This document shows, one piece after another, positions 27,413 to 41,430 of a stretch of DNA of 64,000 nucleotides (position 1 is the stretch's first letter; each line of letters starts with the position of its first letter). The translations under genes and the position numbers were made by a program. This DNA is from Octopus vulgaris (lineage: Eukaryota), in contig OX597819.1 in NCBI GenBank assembly GCA_951406725.2, forward strand, positions 128,774,001 through 128,838,000, written 5' to 3'. The notes beneath the pieces were generated by a model. That model ran no database searches. It saw nothing but the letters and a program-made list of their open reading frames with translations, and was not told where the DNA came from.

Positions 27413-27617
27413 TACTCTTTTACTTGTTTCAGTTATTTGACTGCGGCCATGCTGGAGCACCGCCTTTTAATCAAGCAACTCGACCCCGGGACTTATTCTT
27501 TTGTAAGCCCAGTACTTATTCTATCGGTCTCTTTTGCCGAACCGCTAAGTTACGGGAACGTAAACACACCACCATCGGTTGTCAAGCAATGCTAGGGGGA
27601 CAAACACAGACACACAA

Positions 27618-27694
<77 letters not shown>

Positions 27695-27850
27695 GACAGG
27701 CTTCTTTCAGTTTCCGTCAACCAAATCCACTCACAAGGCATTGGTCGGCCCGGGGCTATAGCAGAAGACACTTGCCCAAGATGCCACGCAGTGGGACTGA
27801 ACCCGGAACCATGTGGTTGGTTAGCAAGCTACTTACCACACAGCCACTCC
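27413..27850 (-). mobile_element. SINE family C (bipartite, internal TA/CA microsatellite)
   Basis: Reverse complement of gtggctgtgtggtaag..gggttcagtccc..ttgggcaagtgtcttc..; homologs at 33457 and 33847. Confidence 0.85.
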
Positions 27851-28330
27851 TTTACTACTATTAGTAAATTTTATAGAATTTTATCAGTATTACTGTGATC
27901 CTCTGTGAGGTACGGCACGAATGAAATGCCATGATTATCGTCACTCCATTCTGATAATGAGACCTGGAAGGTCCTGAAACCCAAATGAATTAATGGATTT
28001 CGGAAAACTATTCCTTGAAACCAAACATTGAGGATTTATAAGGAAATGTGAAAAACCGTTAACAACAAAGTTTAACTGGGACATAGTCATGTCTCTGATA
28101 TATAGCATGCACATGCACGCATGCGCACTCACGCGCACACACAAAACACAGACACACACACAAAACATACACTTGTACATGTATGTACGGATGTGAATTT
28201 ATTTATCCTCATTTGCCCGCGAGCTAAACGATAATGCGAAAATCAAATTATCAGATCGCAACAGTTTTGAAACGAAGAGTAATCACTCTGTCTCTGTCTC
28301 TCTCTGTCTGTTTGTCTCTCTCTCTCTTTG

Positions 28331-28377
<47 letters not shown>

Positions 28378-28484
28378 TCCTCCCTAGCTTCCTTTCTGAG
28401 CCATTCGCTCTCTGCGTGTAGTAATGTACGTATTTGTATGGGTGCGTGTGTGTGTGTGTTGTGTGTGTGGGTATGTGTGTACGA

Positions 28485-28515
<31 letters not shown>

Positions 28516-28596
28516 AAATATTATATTATTAATATATATATATGTTTTTATGTGTATATTTGCGTGTATATATATATATAATATTATATTCTTCTT

Positions 28597-28665
<69 letters not shown>

Positions 28666-28808
28666 TATAAATGTTTGTATGTGTATATTTGCGTGTATAT
28701 ATATATCGCTGCCACTATGTTTATAAGTATGCTTGCATATTTAATAATGGTTTGAAGCAAAGATAGTGAGGTTAAATACGTACATGCAAACACACATACA
28801 TACATACA

Positions 28809-28844
<36 letters not shown>

Positions 28845-29255
28845 TACGTACATCTAAGCATATGTGTGTGAATGTGTGTATTTTTATACATCATAACGAC
28901 ACAAACTTAAAACGGTTGCTTTCTGCGCGTACACACGCATATACACAGCAATGGCGACATACATGTGTCACGTGTGTTTTCTGTCGTTGGAGAGCCTGTT
29001 CGTTATATGTGTGACATTGCATATGTTCGAAATAAAGAAGCAAAAAAGTTAGGCATGTGTATTTTCGGGTGTGTACATAAGATAAGTGAAGCAAACAGAT
29101 GCAAAGTGAAGTAGAAAGATATGTCAGTGGAATAAATGACTCGTTGCTACCCGTCATTCAAAATGTATTGCGACACTTAGCAAAGACAAATGGTTTGTAC
29201 ACACACTACAATATACGATAAGCATGTATGTATATAGCTCCATCATAGACATAGA

Positions 29256-29636
29256 GGAGGCGCAATGGTCCAGTGGTTAGGGCAGCGGACTCGCGGTCGT
29301 AGGATCGCGGTTTCGATTCCCAGACCGGGCGTTGTGAGTGTTTATTGAGCGAAAACACCTAAAGCTCCACGATGCTCCGGCAGGGGATGGTGGTGATCCC
29401 TGCTGTACTCTTTCACCACAACTTTCTCTCACTCTTACCTCCTGTTTCTATTGTACCTGTATTTCAAAGGGCCGGCCTTGTCACTCTCTGTGTCATGCTG
29501 AATATCCCCGAGAACTACGTTAAGGGTACACGTGTCTGTGGAGTGCTCAGCCACTTACACGTTAATTTCACGAGCAGGCTGTTCTGTTGATCGGATCAAC
29601 CGGAGCCCTCGTCGTCGTAACCGACGGAGTGCTTCC
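29256..29636 (+). mobile_element. SINE family A
   Basis: Full length; TSD catagacatagagg. Confidence 0.9.
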
Positions 29637-30034
29637 ATCCCATAGACATAGAGGCATTAAATGCGTTTACACACACATGTGCACCTATATACTTGTGCGT
29701 GCGTGTCTATGTGTGTGTGTGTAAAAGTGAGATTCGATTAAGTAGTTTCGGATAACACGGTTCTCTAACTAACACGGTACATAAATTGAGACAATCAGAA
29801 ATCCAAGTATATGTCAACAATGTGCAGATGTAGGTTAACAAAGATCTGAGCAATGCATTGGCAGTGACTGTTGTATGGCGGTTGGCTGCCATCAAATTTA
29901 TGATTCTCCTCCTTGCTTGTCTTAATGCAATTGTCTCTATATGTATCAGCTCTGATGCTGGTTATTACGCTTATATACACCAAAATATGATGTATCATCT
30001 AACGTTGTTTAGACTGAAGATTAAAATTTTGGTG

Positions 30035-31850
30035 TTGATAAAGAAAAGGAAAGTGCTATCCCATGGTGTTAAATTGGAAGTTATAAAACGACGTTAATGT
30101 GGCCAGCAGTGCCCACATTTTATGCATTACGGACCGGTTTCATTCGAAACAATTTTCCCACGGACCGGGGTATCACGAGCTTAACAAAACTCAATAAAGA
30201 GCAGAAGATATAATTTAACTATTACATGCATAATATGTATATATAACGCAAAAAAACAAAAGAGAAAAACTCTGCTGATTGTGGTAGTCAATAAAATAGA
30301 AATAAAATCAAAAACTTTATTCTTCTTTGCGGCCAGTATCAGATGATCTACAGCCCGGTACAGGTTGGGGAACTGGTGGTTTGAGACGCCTGAATGCTGT
30401 GACAATAAAGGAAAAATAAGATGAAGCCTGGGAATACATTAATCAACTGGGCGAACATAGTCAAGTGACTATGAGGAGAAAAGGGCAAATCGATATCAAC
30501 TTTAATTTCGTAAACAAAGAATAAATAGAAGCAATATCATGACTGAAATAAAGAGTCGTTTGCCATTTTCGATGAAATTTACAACCGAAAAAAAAAAAAG
30601 AAAAGAAAAAAAAAGAAAAAGAAATCCCTTTAAGCACCATGACTACTAAAATCTCTGCAATTGAAGAAACTTAGCGAAAGACAATGATATTCTAGCAAGA
30701 ATCAAAGGAAGATTTACTGCAAATTCTGGTTGGTTTTATTGATTCAAAGCTCGAACAGAAATTCTCTATGTTCGTTTAATAGGTGAGGCTGCAAGTGCCA
30801 GTAAATTTCAGTGCGTGAAATATCCAGATGTTACGAAGAAAAAACGTAGAATTACGTATTATATATTCATGGAAGAGGCCTTTTCTGGAAAAGAATACCT
30901 TAAAAAATCTTCCGCCGAATGAAGAAAATTTGTATCACCCAATTCGACAGATCGCTTAATTGTAAAGGGAGAAAATACTGAAGGTGATATTTAAATTATT
31001 ATCCATGTTTGTGTATCGCCCACAGAACCCAAGAGTCTAACGGTTATAAGTAACATCTCTACCAGCATTTTGGCGTTCTAACAAAAAAGAATGAATGATC
31101 AAAGTTTTCATGAAAGATTGTTTTTCAAAAGTTTTGCCTGGCTGGAGAAAAGTATTGTAGACAAACGATCTTAAAGAGTTTTGTTAGTTTTAGACAATGT
31201 TTCTGGTCATCTCACAACCTTTAGTAAAACAATGAATAAATCGTATTTTTGTTCTTGAAATATATCCTTTTATAGCATATCAATCAACGAAAAGTCATTA
31301 ATTTAAAGACTTATTTTTCAAAGAGGAAACTTTGCTTAAGCAATGAAAGCTAAAACGGGAGAAAATGCAATCTTCCTTGGTAGAATTTTGGAAACAAATG
31401 TAAAAAAAAAAAATCATAACTTTGAGAATATCCCCAAATCAATAGAAAGAGTGACAGCAAGCATGATGGGGGTCATATGGAAAGATATTTTATTTCATTG
31501 TCTTAACAATTTCGCTGACCTTCCCTAACATGAAATTGTTGAAGAAATAGCGAACATTCAAAGAGAGGTTGCTTTAAATGAAATAGACAATACGGATGTT
31601 TGTGATTTACATTAATCTCATTCCAAAGAATTAACTGATCATGACTCTCTTAATTTGGATCAACTGCGGTCATTATCAAAGAGGCTGATAATAAAGAATT
31701 CCTTGAAAAGGAGCAATAAATGAGGAAAAATATAGTAAAAGAATTTAAAACGAGGTTTCGTGAATTTAAATAATTAAAACAAGTGATAATGGATATCGAC
31801 CCTAAACGTTGAACAAAGCATTCAAATAGAATATATAAATATTGGTTGAA
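30035..31850 (+). mobile_element. Degenerate Tigger/pogo transposase
   Basis: KKRKVLSHGVKLEVIKR (HTH), FTANSGWF, GEAASA, LFWKRIP, VLLVLDNVSGH. Confidence 0.8.
30104..30378. mobile_element. hAT/Charlie-type (MER1-like) MITE inserted in the Tigger relic
   Basis: ggaccggtttcattcgaaacaattttcccacggacc resembles the MER1-type 5' region; degenerate ggttgggaac 3' end. Confidence 0.55.
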
Positions 31851-31933
31851 AAAAATAAAGAAAAATATAAAACATTCACAGATTAGGCAGTTAAAAAATA
31901 ATGACGTTACAATATTTCTGCATGAAATATGTA

Positions 31934-32985
31934 TCTATATATAAAATCCTTTGTCTCTCTGTTTGTTCCCAACGCGTTCTCAAACGGCTCAACCAAATCA
32001 AATCAAATTTTACATGGTAATACTATCAGACCTTCTGAGTGTTAACGTATTTTTTTTTAGTCATTTGGATTAAAACAATGCATCATTGGCACTGGTTCGG
32101 TATTACGTGTCACATACATATACATATGTGACGACATACATACACATATGTGACGACTGACGTGCGTGAATGTATGTCTGTGTGTGTCTATCTTACTATA
32201 TGTATGTGAGGGCTGGCCAGTGTCAATGCGAAATTTCATTTTCATTTCCATTAAAACACTATAACATTTCATAAAGATAATCTTTCTATAATCAACAGGA
32301 CATTTTATACCACGACGACAACGACATCACATTTTGTACATGACTGTGTACCTGTCTGTGAGTGTATGTGTGTAAATGTATGAGTGTGTACATGTCTCAT
32401 AAAATGTGTGTCTTGCCGCGTTACACATACATATACATATCTATTTACTTAAAAAAATACCAACAAACCCGAAGACGGCACCAACAAAGCAGTCTATTGC
32501 ATGGATCTCAGTATCAAAGCATGTTCTCCAATTACTCTCACCAACAACTTCATGTTTCTTATTCTGCAGCCACACCAGTAATCCAATGTCAACCCTTCAC
32601 CTTCTGTAACATTTCAACAGTTCACATCCCCGTTTACTGTCTCCCGTTGCGACTCATTTCCGGAATGTACCCATTTACGTACAATATCTCCATTACACCT
32701 CCATTCACCTGACTGTTAACTATACAATGGGTCGTGTTAGACGCATCGCTGACCACCTCAATGACGCGTATATCCACTGAAAATTACGTTCCATGACAGG
32801 TTAGGGCCTGCAATCCTCCAAACGGATGTATTACATGTCATTTGGTCGGATTAGACTATCTTTTACTCCACAAATATCTTGTCGTCAATGCTGCACTTTC
32901 CTATATCACCTGTTTCAACATAACTGTAATATATATATACAAACTATGCCATTTTATTCAGAGCAACGCCGGGTATCTCTGCTAG
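31934..32985 (+). mobile_element. Non-autonomous Helitron
   Basis: A|TC 5' end, 3' gcaacgccggg..CTAG|T; internal segment shared with 58830-59065. Confidence 0.7.
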
Positions 32986-33261
32986 TAATTAAATATGATT
33001 AAATCAGAGTTAACTTAATTTATTGAAGCAAAAATATTAATTAAATTTACACAGTGAAAATGAAAAAAATTAACGTTAATGATAATTCTTGAGAAAGGCA
33101 AAGAAGACGAATACCAAATAAAATTAATTAAAATTTGATTGGTTTCATACAGTGCTGAATAAATTTGTTCTTTGGTATGTACACTAAATAAATTTTACAA
33201 TGAAAATTTGTTTATTCTTCCAGTCGTTATAAAGTTCTGCTAAGTATTTATACAATTATGC

Positions 33262-33298
33262 TTCACTGAGGAGGTATAATAATATCGAAACGTATGAG
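33262..33298 (+). ncRNA. Minimal type I hammerhead, canonical core
   Basis: TTCA-CTGAGGA-GGTAT-aata-ATATC-GAAA-CG-TA-TGAG. Confidence 0.7.
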
Positions 33299-33456
33299 TT
33301 GTTACAGTACTAAACAAATACGAGGCCCGTTACTCGTTGCATATTGCAATTAAATTTTTATTTACTTTGAGTTTCAGAGTTGTTTCCCTGTACTTATTCT
33401 GAAAATAATTATCATCAACGCTAAAGAGACTTGATGAACAAGAGAATTTGCTTCTC

Positions 33457-33597
33457 AGCCACTTGGTTCCAGGTTCAGTACCACTGCGTGGCACCTTGGG
33501 CAAGTGTCTTCTACTATAACCTCGGGCCGACAAAAGCCTAGTGAATGGATTTGGTACACAGGAACTGAAAGAAGCCAGTCGTGTGTATGTGTGTGTG

Positions 33598-33653
<56 letters not shown>

Positions 33654-34226
33654 CGTGCGTGCATGTGTGTATGTCTTGGTGTCTGCGTTTGTCTCCGTAA
33701 CTTAGCGGTTCGGCAAAACAGTCCGATAGATTAAGTACCAGGCTTTGAAAATTAAGTAGTGGGGCCGATTCATTCGATTAAAAGTTCTTCAAGGTAGTGC
33801 CTCAGTATGCAGTCTAATGACTGAAACAAATAAAAGTGTGTGTATATGTGGTAAGTAACTTGCTTACCAACCAGATAATTCCGGGTTCAGTCCTACGTGA
33901 CACCCTGGTCAAATGTCTTCTACTATAGCCTCGGGCCGACCAAAGCCTTGTGAGTGGATTTGGTAGACGGAAACTGAAAGAAGCCCGTCGTATATATGTA
34001 TATATATATGTATGTGTGTATATGTATGTGTCTGTGTTTGCCCCCCCCCCCCAGCATCGCGGGACAACCGATGCTAGTGTGTTTACGTCCCTGTAAGTAC
34101 TAGGCTTACAATAATAAGTACTAGGCTTACAAAGAATAAGTCCTGGGGTCGATTTGATCGACTAAGAAAAAAGGCGGTGCTCCAGCATGGTCACAGTCAA
34201 ATGGCTGAAACAAGTAAAAGAATAAA
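33457..34226 (+). mobile_element. Two tandem SINE family C copies
   Basis: Repeated ccytggkcaartgtcttctactata..gccgac..gatttggta..gaaagaagcc. Confidence 0.8.
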
Positions 34227-34228
34227 TA

Positions 34229-34273
<45 letters not shown>

Positions 34274-34280
34274 CATATAC

Positions 34281-34481
34281 AGTCGCCATGATAGATCGTT
34301 AGCCACTACACACATTTTTTCTCCTTGATTCTCTCCTTGTTTTTTCGGTGTCCCTTTCTGTAGAAGAGCGTAGGCTCGAAACGTAAAATACTTTTTCTAT
34401 TCCTGAGCGTTATACTAATACAACTGTTTGTTTTGTACACCACCTGTCTTCGTCTTTTGTTTTTTTCGTAAAAACTCCCCC
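34281..34481 (+). mobile_element. HH-B element with hammerhead at ~34354-34388
   Basis: CTTT-CTGTAGA-A-GAGC-gtag-GCTC-GAAACGTA-AAA; TA flanks. Confidence 0.85.
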
Positions 34482-34518
<37 letters not shown>

Positions 34519-34893
34519 ATGCGTGTATGTATGTATGTATGTATGTATGAAACTCTACTAACTAGCTGCCTCATTTAGTTATTCGTTTTACACATTAGCA
34601 ATTCGCTAAATCATCCATCAGTTTTTATGGAGTAGACATATATGCGCGTGGCGATGTAGTCCGGAATCTGGCGATTTGTGCCGACCCTTTTGATGAGCTT
34701 TCGGTCTAAAGCTGAAACCGTACGGTAAAGGGATAACGCGATTGCCACTTCCCGTCCATTTACCGTCGCTGCCAGCATGTATGTATACTATTTATGTGCG
34801 TTGACAGTAGCAACAGAGCCCTTCAGCTCTTATTTCTAGCAGTGTAGGTGTTCTTACACCCTCAGTCAAATTTAATGACAATTGTTGTTTTTC

Positions 34894-35179
34894 CGGAGAT
34901 GTATTTACATAGCGAGTGACTTGATCTGAGATCGTGTGCTGGAGCGAAAACAATTGCAGCGTGGAAGGTGTTTATAAGCCATTTAAGAAATACACAAAAA
35001 CCGTTAGATTCACTTCAACATTTAAATGTTAGAGATGCAGCACGAAGCTTTGTCAGTGAACAGGTCGCGGTCTCAAAGCGACGAAAATATTTTTTGACAA
35101 ATTAAATTTAAATGTTGAAGTGAATCTAACGGTTTTTGTGTGTTTCTTAAATGGCTTATAAACACCTTCCACACTGCAA
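34894..35179. mobile_element. HH-A fold-back element with G3:C8 hammerhead at 35049-35101 (+)
   Basis: Homologous to the 1478 copy; GTGAACA-G-GTCGC..GCGAC-GAAA retained. Confidence 0.85.
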
Positions 35180-36255
35180 TGGTTTTTTGTTTTTCCTTTC
35201 TGGTAAAACAATGGTAACAATCTGTCTCGTTTAATTATTCGAAATTGATGCCTTTTATAGTGCAACGTCGGGATCACCAATTGTAACGGTTGGTATTCGT
35301 TGCAATCGAAGATCACCAATTGTAACGGTTTAAACAATAATTGATAAGCAATAGGATGGAACGTCGGAGTCGTCACCAATTGTAACGGCACAGATTTATT
35401 ACAACGGCATTGTTGTAAGATGTCAAAGATGAACAGTGATTGAAGTTGTAAAGAGATTTTCATTTACCGTTACTTTGTATAAATCCAAAACCACGAGGGG
35501 TTGGTATTTAGAACTAATAAATGGAAAAGCATGCGAGGTAAAAAGAGTTAATTTCGGCCGGTATGTGTGTACACGATCTCATAGTAGTATTATATATAGA
35601 GAGATATGGTAATGTTACATAGAAAAGAAAGTGAGATAGTGAAAGTAAGAGAGTTGGGGAAGTTGTCTTGTATAGCCGCTGATTATAACTTTCTTTTTCC
35701 CTCTGGCCGTTTGGTCTCTAGTTGACTACCTGCTGGTGGCCATGATTCACTGATAGTGACTTTGGCTTACGGAGTTCTTATTTTTATAACTATCAAAGCT
35801 AGCCAGAAGGACAGACATATCGTTGAGTACAATGAACTTCATTGGCCGGCTGTTATCTCTATTCTAGCGAAGACATTATTCTGTTTAGTGAAGGCATCTG
35901 GCAAATGTAACTGCTGTCAGTCATAGAACAACTATTGCTTTACCGGGGAATAGCACCAGAAAACTTTGCAGAGATTTCCAATCCAAAACTTTGTGTTAAC
36001 AACGCATACAAAACGAGGTACAATGTCCGCAAAAATGACGTCGCTAAAACATCTACATCGGAGAATGTAAATGGGAAATTCCTCTTGATTTACTTTTAGT
36101 TTACTTTCTGAACCCCAAATCTCAAACAAAAAAAAAAAAAACGATTTCTGTTCACACTTCTGAGGAAACCACTTTTACCGACATACAAGATCGTACACAC
36201 ACACACATAGTACACACACACATATTCTCTTTCTCTCTCTCTCTCTTTCTTTCCC

Positions 36256-36368
<113 letters not shown>

Positions 36369-37539
36369 TTCATACACACCATATACATATTATGGCTGAG
36401 GAGGTAACACCTTCGTGGAGAATGTTCGGCATACTCAATACAAGTACAGGAGGGATTTTATACATGTAATATACTGAAAGTTAAAAAAAATACGACTTAG
36501 TTAAAATCACCTGAGTAATTAATATTTAAACCGATCCCCTTTGGTTTGTTTTAAATCCAAAAACAGCAAAGAGGGGTTAGAATTCCACTAAGATCCTTTA
36601 GTCTAAATTTTGGGGATAAATGCAGATTCCGAGAGGGTCAGTAAGTATTTAGAGACAACTGTTGAACAAAATGGACGTTTCGATCTTTCACACACTATCT
36701 TTTACAAACCAATGGAGAAGTCTCTACGCATTCGCTCGACTTGCTGGCAACAAAAGCTAAATCTCACTCAAACCACTTTTAAAATGAACATATGGATTAT
36801 GTTATCTTGGAAAGCACTATAATCTCAATAAAAGACGAGATGGTTTCTATTGGAACGTCTTATCAAAGTTCTACTTGATCAGGGCTGACCTAGGTTAAGC
36901 AACAGTAAATCTCTCCCTCTCTCTTTCTCGCTTCGTCAATCCGCATTTCTCGCTCACATACACCCCATCCTCTCTCACATATACGCACACACTTACTCTC
37001 ACAACACATACATTTTCTCTCCCCCACTTTCTCTCTTTACTCTCTTTCTCTTGCTCCCTCACACATGCTGTCTTGCACACACACACACACACACACACAC
37101 ACAAGGCAATATTCGTTCGTTTTGGCACATATACACGCTTTCTCATACAATTCTTTCCCTCTTATACACAATCTTGCACGCGCCTATCCACAGTCCCAAA
37201 CACACGCGCACTCAAACATAATATACAGATTTACAAAATGTCACCCCAGTAAGACACCATTTAATCATTTATATGTCAAAGTCTCCCTTCCCAAAACACA
37301 CCCAGAGACACACTCCATTAACTCTATATAACGACTGACCCTTCTTTGAACTCTGTCATCTCCCTCTGTCGCTTCCTTCGATGTTACAGACAATAACTTC
37401 TGTTTGTCTGCTCTTGTTAATTAAATGTCAAACACGCCTTCCTTGACATAGGAAAGAACGTGACAGCCTCGGCTTTCCTTATAGAGTCACATGATCTCAG
37501 ACACACACACACACATATAAATATAAAAATATATATGTG

Positions 37540-37612
<73 letters not shown>

Positions 37613-39250
37613 TTAGGATGAAATAACATGGGTGACATTCAATACATTTGTCAAGGGTATAACGACATTAAACTACGCAAATGATGTCTAATCTCTTTAT
37701 TAACTGATTGGTTTGTGGAGAGGTCTTAACATTTCAGTAGATTTCTCAATGAGTTCTCCGTGACGGCTTTGCGTGTCTGATGTTTTACGGTGGTGGTGAT
37801 GGTGGTAGTGGATGAGCCTTTTGTTGTCCGGCTCCTCTTGAAGTGTACGCATATGTATATATGTGTAATTGGCGAGACGCTCTACTTTTGTGGTGGTCAG
37901 CGTCCTTGTATGCACGTGCGTTCTGTTTGCAAGTATATGTGTGTGCGTGCGTGTATGCATATATATATATAGATATATATATATATATGATGTATGTATG
38001 TATGCATATATACGTATGTGTGTGCGTGCGCTCGCGCGTGTGTAATGTGTGTGTGTGAAGTAGGGATCTAAATGCTGGTTTGTTGGCTGGCTGACTTCTC
38101 TGTTAACGCTTTATAGAGGCCGGGAAAACTATATAAAGAGATACAGAGAGATAACGTAACGGGTGCAGAATGAGTGTATATACTAGGCTCGGTGGCAGAC
38201 AATGAGTAAAGCAACGCTACGTTACACACTGTGAGAGAGAGAGAAAAAAAAAATCATAGAATCAGAATCAGAAGACGTGGAGGAAGAAGAGGAGGGAGAT
38301 GAGGAAGAAGAGGATAGAAGATGAGAAAGGGGAAAACGAGAAGGAGGAAGATGAGGAGTAGGAAGATGATAAGGAAGATGAAGAAGATGAGGCGGAGAAA
38401 GGGGAGGAAGAAGAGGAGAAGGAGAAGGAAGATGAGAGGAGGTATAGGAAGAGGAGGAGGGAGAAGGGGATTAAATGACAAAGTTGTTATGGGATGGGCT
38501 ATATTGAACGGAATAGCAGATAAATAGGTACATACATACAGGTATGTGTAAAGCGAAAAAGGTAATTTGGTATGACAGACTGACTATTAAAAATAATCTA
38601 GCCTGCATTTATGTATATGCATTCTGTGTCCGTAACTTAGTATCTATATTATTGGGAATAACACATTCGAACTGTATTTCATAGTTTATATCAATAATTG
38701 AAAAGGAAAGAAATAGAACAAAATTTCTCTCCTTGTTGATTTTATATTATAGAAATACACACACGCATAAAAAACATCTATGGTTGTTTTAGAAAAGCTA
38801 AGGCGATGCTTTGCTTTAAGAACATACAGATTGAAAAAGAAAAGAGAATGAAATCAGGAACGTACGAAAATAAACTTTCTAAGTGAAACGAATAAGTAAA
38901 TATTTAAATGTCAGTTATTAAACATCATAATCATCGAATTCTGTTTTCATTTCTCAACAGTATGATTGATGTAGCTGCTTTATATGACTGTAGCATTTTA
39001 GAAGATAAAACACCTGTTATCAAAAGAAAGACACAAACTGACCATTTCTTTCTAATTTCTCTTTTATTAACTTTAAAAGGATATTTTTGTTTGCATTTCG
39101 AAATGAGCTGTCAATTCGCAAATTAATTTTACGCCAGATAACCGAAGAGATGGTGGTGTGGATTTCCACCTCGGCATCCGAAACTCAGAGTTTTATCGTG
39201 GCTATCGAATAATTTGTCACATATTATTTTACACACACACACACACACAT

Positions 39251-39325
<75 letters not shown>

Positions 39326-39359
39326 AGTTCACACTTATATATATATATACATGTTCACA

Positions 39360-39800
39360 CTTTTATCGACTTTTATCGCAATGTATCAGTCCAGACGCGT
39401 TTTGCACTGTTCGAAGCAGAGCTGGAACTCTTGCGAAGTGAGGCCTTTTAAAGCCTCCGTCATTTTTTTTTTATTCACCTCTTCTCCATCTCTTCCACAT
39501 CTGAAAATTCCGCAGCACGAGATTTCGTCATCAGTGATGACTTTCGAAAAAAGGTTCTGATCAACATCCAGTTGTTTTTCTCAGTTCACGACAGGCATTC
39601 AGTCATGATTGCTTTTGATCTTCTGTGAGCAAGTGAGGTACAAATTTTGCCGCAACTCTTTTCATTCGCAGTTCCTCGCTCAAAGTTCGTTGGCAGGAGC
39701 TCCAGGACACACCAATCATATCAAAATGTCTGTCAATTGTTCGGCAACAGTGCTCCACGATCAGTTCATGAATTTTCATGATGCCTTCATTTGTTCGGGA
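39360..39800 (-). mobile_element. mariner transposase fragment
   Basis: LSEELRMKRVAAKFVPHLLTEDQKQ (WVPHEL-type motif), then a KVITDDE-like motif. Confidence 0.8.
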
Positions 39801-39990
39801 TGTCTTTATTCTCGCATTTATTAATACACTGCATTTTGGTAATCCGATCAGTAACGGCAGTAAGGTATGATACATCACCTATTTTGTTAATGTCATGCTT
39901 TGTATTAACAAATAAGCTATAAATGTGGTCCAGTTGATGTGTTGGTTAATCTGTGGTTTTCTCCATTTTCTAATTATTTGCATTTATATA

Positions 39991-40186
39991 TGATAGATCG
40001 TTAGCCACTACACACGTTTTTTTTTCTCTCCTTGTGTCTCTCCTTGTCTTTTCTGTGTCCCTTTCTGTAGAAGAGCGTAGGCTCGAAACGTAAAAGTCTT
40101 TTTTCTATTCCTGAGCGTTATACTAATACATCTGTTTGTTTTGTACACCACCTGTCTTCGTCTTCTGTTTTTTTTCGTAAACTCTT

Positions 40187-40188
<2 letters not shown>
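39991..40188 (+). mobile_element. HH-B element with hammerhead at 40061-40096
   Basis: CTTT-CTGTAGA-A-GAGC-gtag-GCTC-GAAACGTA-AAAG; followed by a long TA tract. Confidence 0.85.
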
Positions 40189-40641
<453 letters not shown>

Positions 40642-41089
40642 TATAAAAAGCCCACATAATATCAACGATTTCTCTCACAACACCTAATAGTTATTAAAAT
40701 AAAATATCTATAAAATAAACAGGTGTGATTGCATAATAAATAAAATATATAATACATAAAATTGGAAAAATTGGAATTATGTTAATCGTAAAAATATATT
40801 AATTAATTATTTAATTAAATTTACGGCCAGTTTTAAGCCTCGAGATATATCGTTTTGTTTACTTTCGGTTTCATAGATATTATTAAATGGAATTAATTCA
40901 AATATTATTTTCGGCTTTGACCCGTCTTCAGACATACATTTACGCACATGATTAAAAAAAAGCATATAAAAATTTTGAAGAATTTAGAAGTATCGTACAA
41001 TTTCTCACTTGAGTGTGATAGGTTGTTCAGTCAAAGTAAATAAACAGAACTGGTAGAAGACGAAGAAATTTTTAGTTTCGAATTTTGGC

Positions 41090-41430
41090 AGCAGATTACA
41101 TCGACCACAGTGGTTGACTGGTACTTATCGACCCCCGAAAAGGTGAAGAGTAAAGTCGACCCCTCGGCAGCATTTGAACTCTGATCGTAAAGACGGATGA
41201 AGTACCTATTTCTTTACTACCCACAAGGGGCTAAACACAGAGAGGACAAACAAGGACAGACAAACGGATTAAGTCAATTGCATCGACTCCAGTGCGTAAC
41301 TGGTACTTATTTAATCGATCCGGAAAGGATGAAAGGCAAAGTCGACCTCGGCGGAATTTGAACTCAGAACGTAACGGCAGACGAAATACTGCAAAGCATT
41401 TCGCCCGGCGTGCTAACGATTCTGCCAACG
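41090..41430 (-). mobile_element. SINE family B (one near-full and one partial copy)
   Basis: Reverse complement of the family B consensus. Confidence 0.85.

Noticed and set aside
35264-35390. CRISPR-like repeat-spacer pattern
   Set aside because: Only three 16-bp repeats with irregular spacing, eukaryotic context, no cas genes
40895-40940. Minus-strand CTGAAGA-CGGGTCAAAGCC-GAAA
   Set aside because: Weak stem II and no stem I pairing; at best a decayed hammerhead
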